A stretch of DNA of 63,088 nt, counting the filler. It is 6 parts of 6 records of this genome, joined end to end, with 100 filler letters (N's around TTAATTAATTAA, not from the genome) between each part and the next. Parts side by side here need not be neighbours in the genome. Positions count along the whole stretch, not along the records: positions 53,918 to 63,088 come from SRR31156797_19982; 5 more parts are not named here. One strand, given 5' to 3'. The notes beneath the pieces were generated by a model. It made no database searches. It saw nothing but the letters and a program-made list of their open reading frames with translations, and had not been told where the DNA came from. Below, one piece after another: positions 58,527 to 63,088 of this stretch; the stretch's first letter is position 1, and each line of letters opens with the position of its first letter. Both the position numbers and the translations under genes were made by a program.

Positions 58527-59666
58527 TTATGCTCTATGTTGCTGATGATATTCTCTTGTTTGTCGCTCCCTATGAAAATGATCATTGTCTTGTCTTTGTG
58601 TATGCGCTACATGATCTTTTGATCTATGATCATGATCTCTATGCCAATGTTTATGTTCTGCTCTATCACTTTGATCTATATGATCTCTTCGATGCCCATC
58701 TCTATTAGAATGCTGCTCTTTTTTATCAAAAAAATCTAAGTGGTACCCTTGCCAATAATCAGCTCTATTAAAATATGCATCTCTTTTTGCAATATGCTCC
58801 GCAAGACTTTTTCTATCATCTCTATGGTAATGACTCTCTTGATTTGGAGAATATTCTCCATAAGTAGTACTTGTAGTTCCTGTATAGTAATATAATAAAC
58901 TATTATTTTCTTCTACTCTTTTATTATACTCATTTTTAATATCATCATGATATGCAGTAATAGTTTGAGCCTTCTTAGAAAAAGTAGTGTTTTCATCATG
59001 ATGCCAATTTGATTCGATCATTTTAAACTGCTCAGTCATACTATCATATGCACCAAATAAAGTTGCTCGATCGATTCCCGTCTCTGGTGTGTATGTAATA
59101 GCTGTATGATATGATACTGATCGTGTTTCTCCCCCTATAGTCATCTCCATAGTTTTTGAAAAAGTAAAAGCATACGCCTCCATAGTATAATCTTTGGCAA
59201 ACTCTTTTGTCATAGCAAAGGTTGCTAAGTGTTCCATAGTTGCTTGTGCTACCATCTGTGTATAAGCAAAAGAACTCCACATATCAAACATTTTATTATC
59301 CATCTCTATAGCTGTTTGAACTGCCTCTTTCTCTTCCCCTTCTAAGTTATTCATCGCTTCTAACTCTTTATCAAACATCACTCTGTTTAAAACCTCATCA
59401 TCACTAAAGTGAGCTTTTATATATAATGATTGTGCAATACTATTTTGCTCCATATTTGTCTCTTTAGGATAAAGAGCCTCTACCTGATCTTGTGTCAGCT
59501 CTTTATACTCAGAATATTTTATCTCTTTTGGATCTTTTAGTTCACCTTGAAGAAGTTCAAAAACTGATGTTTGGGAATTGTCTTTTCCTCCTGTTTTCGT
59601 ATGGGTTGCATGGGTATGATCTGTTTTTGTAGTGTTATGTGTAGAATGTGTTGAGTGTATTTCCAT
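58527..59666 (-). CDS. Hypothetical protein with His/Thr-rich N-terminus and His/Arg/Asp-rich C-terminal tail
   Basis: Long ORF in AT-rich DNA; AAGGA RBS before ATG 59666. Confidence 0.75.
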   Translation of the reverse strand: MEIHSTHSTHNTTKTDHTHATHTKTGGKDNSQTSVFELLQGELKDPKEIKYSEYKELTQDQVEALYPKETNMEQNSIAQSLYIKAHFSDDEVLNRVMFDKELEAMNNLEGEEKEAVQTAIEMDNKMFDMWSSFAYTQMVAQATMEHLATFAMTKEFAKDYTMEAYAFTFSKTMEMTIGGETRSVSYHTAITYTPETGIDRATLFGAYDSMTEQFKMIESNWHHDENTTFSKKAQTITAYHDDIKNEYNKRVEENNSLLYYYTGTTSTTYGEYSPNQESHYHRDDRKSLAEHIAKRDAYFNRADYWQGYHLDFFDKKEQHSNRDGHRRDHIDQSDRAEHKHWHRDHDHRSKDHVAHTQRQDNDHFHRERQTREYHQQHRA

Positions 59667-59799
59667 GATAATTCCTTTGATAAAATTTTCTTCTATCAAA
59701 AGTATATCAAGAACTTGTCACAATGGCGTCACGAATAATAAAAAGTTTTATTTGGAAAGGATAAAATACAAACAATAAAATTATTGTTTGTATAAAAGG

Positions 59800-61092
59800 T
59801 TATTTATCGAGTCTTACTCTTACAGATTCAGCGTGAGCTGTTAAAGACTCAGTATCAGCAAGTAGTGCACACTCTTTCCCTATCTCATTGATAGCTTGTT
59901 TTGAAAAGCTGATAATTGAGCTTTTTTTCATAAAATTTTCCACATTAAGTGGACTATAGAATTTTGCTGTTCCACCAGTTGGAAGGGTATGGTTTGGTCC
60001 TGCTACATAATCTCCAATTGGCTCAGGAGTATTTTCCCCTAAGAAAATAGCCCCTGCGTGCTTGATGCTTGGAAGTAATTCAAATGGATTATTTGTTATC
60101 ACTTCTAAGTGCTCTGGTGCAATCTCATTCATAAGTTCAAGTGCTTCATCCATATCACTAGCCACGATTATTGCACCTCTCTCATAGATAGATTTACTAG
60201 CAATCTCAGTTCTACTTAGAACCTTTAAATATTCATCAATCTCATAGCTTGTTTTTTCTGCCACTTCACTTGAAGTTGTAATTAAAATAGAACTTGCCAT
60301 CTCATCATGTTCTGCTTGGCTTAACATATCAATTGCTAAGTATTTTGGCTTTGCACTCTCATCAGCTAATATTCCAATTTCGCTTGGCCCTGCGATCATA
60401 TCGATATTTACTTCACCAAATACAAGCTTTTTAGCAGTAGCTACAAAGATATTTCCAGGTCCCGTGATCACATCTACTTTTTTCAATGACTCAGTTCCAT
60501 ATGCCATAGCAGCAATCGCACTAGCTCCTCCAACTTTCATCACAGTTTTAATTCCACAAAGATGACATGCAGCAAGAGTTAATTCGTTTATCTCATTATC
60601 AGGAGTAGGAGTACATACAATGATCTCTTCTACACCTGCTACAATTGCAGGGATTGCATTCATAAGAAGTGAGCTTGGATATGCTGCTTTTCCACCAGGG
60701 ATATACAATCCTGCACGATCTACAGCAGTTACTTTTTGTCCTAGAATAGTACCATTATCTTCAAAATCAAGCCAAGACTTTGGAAGCTGTTTTTCATGGT
60801 ATTTTTTAATTCTCTCATAAGCTAAGTGAAGCGAACGTCGCAGTTCTTCATCAAGTGCATCATACGCTTTTTTCATCGAATCTGTATTGATAAAAAGTTC
60901 ACGCTCACTCTTTGGAGTCCATCGATCAAACTTTGCAATATGCTCAATGACTGCTTTATTTCCATTCTCAACAATATCATCAATAATACCATTTACAATA
61001 GAAGATACTTTTTTGATATCAACTTTTGCACGTCCCAATATCTCGTCAAATTCAGCTTGAAAGTTACTCTCATTTGTTTGTAATATTTTCAC
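59800..61092 (-). CDS. hisD: Histidinol dehydrogenase
   Basis: GLYIPGGKAAYPSS, GPGNIFV, IDMIAGPSE, LSQAEHD, APEHLE, GDYVAGPNHTLPT. Confidence 0.96.
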   Translation of the reverse strand: MKILQTNESNFQAEFDEILGRAKVDIKKVSSIVNGIIDDIVENGNKAVIEHIAKFDRWTPKSERELFINTDSMKKAYDALDEELRRSLHLAYERIKKYHEKQLPKSWLDFEDNGTILGQKVTAVDRAGLYIPGGKAAYPSSLLMNAIPAIVAGVEEIIVCTPTPDNEINELTLAACHLCGIKTVMKVGGASAIAAMAYGTESLKKVDVITGPGNIFVATAKKLVFGEVNIDMIAGPSEIGILADESAKPKYLAIDMLSQAEHDEMASSILITTSSEVAEKTSYEIDEYLKVLSRTEIASKSIYERGAIIVASDMDEALELMNEIAPEHLEVITNNPFELLPSIKHAGAIFLGENTPEPIGDYVAGPNHTLPTGGTAKFYSPLNVENFMKKSSIISFSKQAINEIGKECALLADTESLTAHAESVRVRLDK

Positions 61093-61094
61093 TT

Positions 61095-61613
61095 CTATTT
61101 TCCTTCTAACTCTTTTAGAATATTATTTACAGCATTGGTTACACTACCATCTTCTACATTGACTATAATATCTGCAACTGATTCATATTCACTTATTCTT
61201 TGTTTATAGATCTCTTTTGCTTTTTCTATATCTTTTAAAAGAGGTCGTTTTTTAAATTTAGCCTTCGCATTTGGTGCATTATTTAATCTTTTCATAATCC
61301 CATCAAAAGATGCCTGAAGATAGATCACTGTACCTATATTTTTAATATTTTTTTGTTTATGAAATCCACCACCAGTGGAGATAAGTGTTCCACTTAGATT
61401 ATGTTCACACCATAGGGCACATTTTTGCTCCAATGCTCTAAAATAAGGCTCCCCTTTTTTTTCAAAGATCCTTTTTATCTTCATATTTTCGATGCTTTCA
61501 ATGATATCATCTGTATCAATAGCAAAATACTCACTATTTCGAACTAATGCTCTTGCAATTGTCCCTTTACCAACACCCATAAAACCAATTAGTATAATAT
61601 TCTGTTTTTTCAT
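61095..61613 (-). CDS. aroK: Shikimate kinase
   Basis: LIGFMGVGKGT, DTD, GEPYFRALE, ISTGGG, RPLL. Confidence 0.93.
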   Translation of the reverse strand: MKKQNIILIGFMGVGKGTIARALVRNSEYFAIDTDDIIESIENMKIKRIFEKKGEPYFRALEQKCALWCEHNLSGTLISTGGGFHKQKNIKNIGTVIYLQASFDGIMKRLNNAPNAKAKFKKRPLLKDIEKAKEIYKQRISEYESVADIIVNVEDGSVTNAVNNILKELEGK

Positions 61614-61663
61614 AGCTTGGCATTATACCTTTTCAAGGCTTATTTTCTAAATGAGCTTTTTAC

Positions 61664-62863
61664 TTAGTTTGAGACTTTAAAACACTTTTTTAGATCATCA
61701 CATATCACATTTGGATCTTCAAGTCCAATTGATACTCTTATAAGCCCTTCACTTATTCCTAAAAACTCTTTTTGGTGTTCATTAAAATCTCTATAAATTG
61801 TACTTGCCATATGAAGTCCTAAAGTTCTACTATCTCCAATATTTGCTGTAAGTGTAAGAAGCTTTGAGTTATCTAAAAACTCAAATGCTTTTTCTTTGCT
61901 ATCCATATCAATAGTGATCATTGAACCACATCCATTTTTATAACACTCAATATAGAGTTGATGATCAGGATGTTCTTCTAAACTTGGATGATTTACCTTG
62001 ATTCCATACTCTTTTAAAGTTTTAGCAACTATTTCACAAGAGCTATTGATCCTTTCATTTCTTAAAGGTAAAGTCTCCAGTCCTAAAAGTGTTTGATATG
62101 AGCTATGAGCATTAGCACTCATTCCAAAGTCTCTTAAAGCTCTTTTTTTACAACACCCTACCATCGCTTTACTCCCAAGCTTTTGTATAAAAGGCTCTAA
62201 AAACTTGTATCGTTCATTATGAAACTTATCACCCTCTTCTATAGCTTTAAAAACTGCAACTCCCCCAAGAGCAGAAGAGTTTCCACTGAGTAACTTTGTA
62301 GTAGAATAGACTACAATATCTGCTCCTAGTTCTAATGGTTTTATTACAACAGGTGTAATTGTATTATCTACAATAAAGATTATCCCGTATTTTGTAGCGA
62401 TTTGCCCTATCTTTTTAAGATCAGGTAACCGCAAACTTGGGTTTCCAACTGATTCACAAAAAATGATCTTTGTATTTTCATTGATATTTTTTTCTATATG
62501 TTCAAGTTCATCTACACTAAAAAAATTTGTTTTAATTCCAAAACGTGGCAAGGTCTGATCCATCAAAGCATAACTTCCACCAAAAAGTCCACCAATAGAG
62601 ATGATCTCATCACCACTTTTACAAAGTGCCATAATAACCATTGAGATAGCTCCCATTCCAGAACTAGTTGCTACAGCCGCAGCTGCATCTTCCATATTGG
62701 CTATTTGTTGTTCTAAAATAGCTGTAGTTGGATTTCCCATACGAGAATATAAAGGTTTACTACTTTTTCCACTAAATATATCCTCTGCTTCTTGTGAGTT
62801 TTTATACGCAAAGGTAGCAGAAGATACTATTGGCGTGGAGATGGCACTATCAAATTGTTTCAC
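61664..62863 (-). CDS. PLP-dependent Cys/Met metabolism enzyme (O-acetyl/O-succinylhomoserine sulfhydrylase-like)
   Basis: YSRMGNPT, SSGMGAI, IVDNT, YSTTK (PLP Lys), NIGDSRTL..H, LIRVSIGLE. Confidence 0.88.
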   Translation of the reverse strand: MKQFDSAISTPIVSSATFAYKNSQEAEDIFSGKSSKPLYSRMGNPTTAILEQQIANMEDAAAAVATSSGMGAISMVIMALCKSGDEIISIGGLFGGSYALMDQTLPRFGIKTNFFSVDELEHIEKNINENTKIIFCESVGNPSLRLPDLKKIGQIATKYGIIFIVDNTITPVVIKPLELGADIVVYSTTKLLSGNSSALGGVAVFKAIEEGDKFHNERYKFLEPFIQKLGSKAMVGCCKKRALRDFGMSANAHSSYQTLLGLETLPLRNERINSSCEIVAKTLKEYGIKVNHPSLEEHPDHQLYIECYKNGCGSMITIDMDSKEKAFEFLDNSKLLTLTANIGDSRTLGLHMASTIYRDFNEHQKEFLGISEGLIRVSIGLEDPNVICDDLKKCFKVSN

Positions 62864-63088
62864 ATCTTTTCCTCTTTTGTAATTTTGGATTGGAAGTATA
62901 GCAAAACAAAACTATATATTATAATTAAAAATTATTATTAGATTTTCCCTTAGATTTCAAAAGAGCTCTATTAAGTGAAATTTGGATAAAATAGCAAAAT
63001 CTATAAGCACGGTCTTTTATTAAAAACCGTAAAAATATTACAAAAAAAGAGAATTTATATGGGTCAAACAATTACAGAAAAAATATTT

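Overview
The window is not one genome. It is six contigs joined by 100-nt spacers (N44-TTAATTAATTAA-N44) at 11782-11881, 25049-25148, 31860-31959, 42894-42993 and 53818-53917. Taxonomic labels below come from gene content and style, not from a search. Contig 1 (1-11781, Desulfobacteraceae-like) carries ExbB/ExbD/TonB/TPR, a TonB-dependent receptor, a SAM methyltransferase, a membrane-anchored cohesin protein, two dockerin-bearing ABC substrate-binding proteins, a FecCD/BtuC-type permease and ATPase, a cupin and a second, truncated receptor. Contig 2 (11882-25048, deltaproteobacterial) has an RsbW-like/GNAT fusion, an ACP, a ketosynthase and two diguanylate cyclases. It also has a minus-strand operon STAS - sensor/PP2C - ComA - histidine phosphatase - SLC13 transporter - binding protein - RsbW-like kinase - GGDEF, plus an IS110 remnant. 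Contig 3 (25149-31859) has exopolysaccharide chain-length, kinase and ATPase genes, a CsgD/VpsT-like regulator and tandem thiolases. Contig 4 (31960-42893) has a histidine kinase end, enolase-superfamily, TtcA-like and TrpF-like genes, a 2-hydroxyacid dehydrogenase, a TPR protein, a B12-type radical SAM enzyme, RimK-like and GshB-like ligases and a peptide ABC transporter. Contig 5 (42994-53817, Methanosarcinales-like archaeon) has a SAMP/MoaD gene, tRNA-Arg(CCG), structured non-coding repeats, geranylgeranyl reductase, a Re-citrate-synthase-like enzyme and a monomeric IDH abutting the decayed 3' end of a dimeric IDH/IPMDH gene. Contig 6 (53918-63088, AT-rich, Campylobacterota-like) has vWA, hemA, ispB, hisD, aroK and a PLP-dependent Cys/Met enzyme. 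Best candidates for undescribed systems: (1) a cohesin-dockerin-tethered ABC importer coupled to a TonB system, (2) a ComA/sulfolactate-linked partner-switching c-di-GMP operon, (3) in-place replacement of an archaeal IDH, (4) tandem covarying structured RNAs next to tRNA-Arg.
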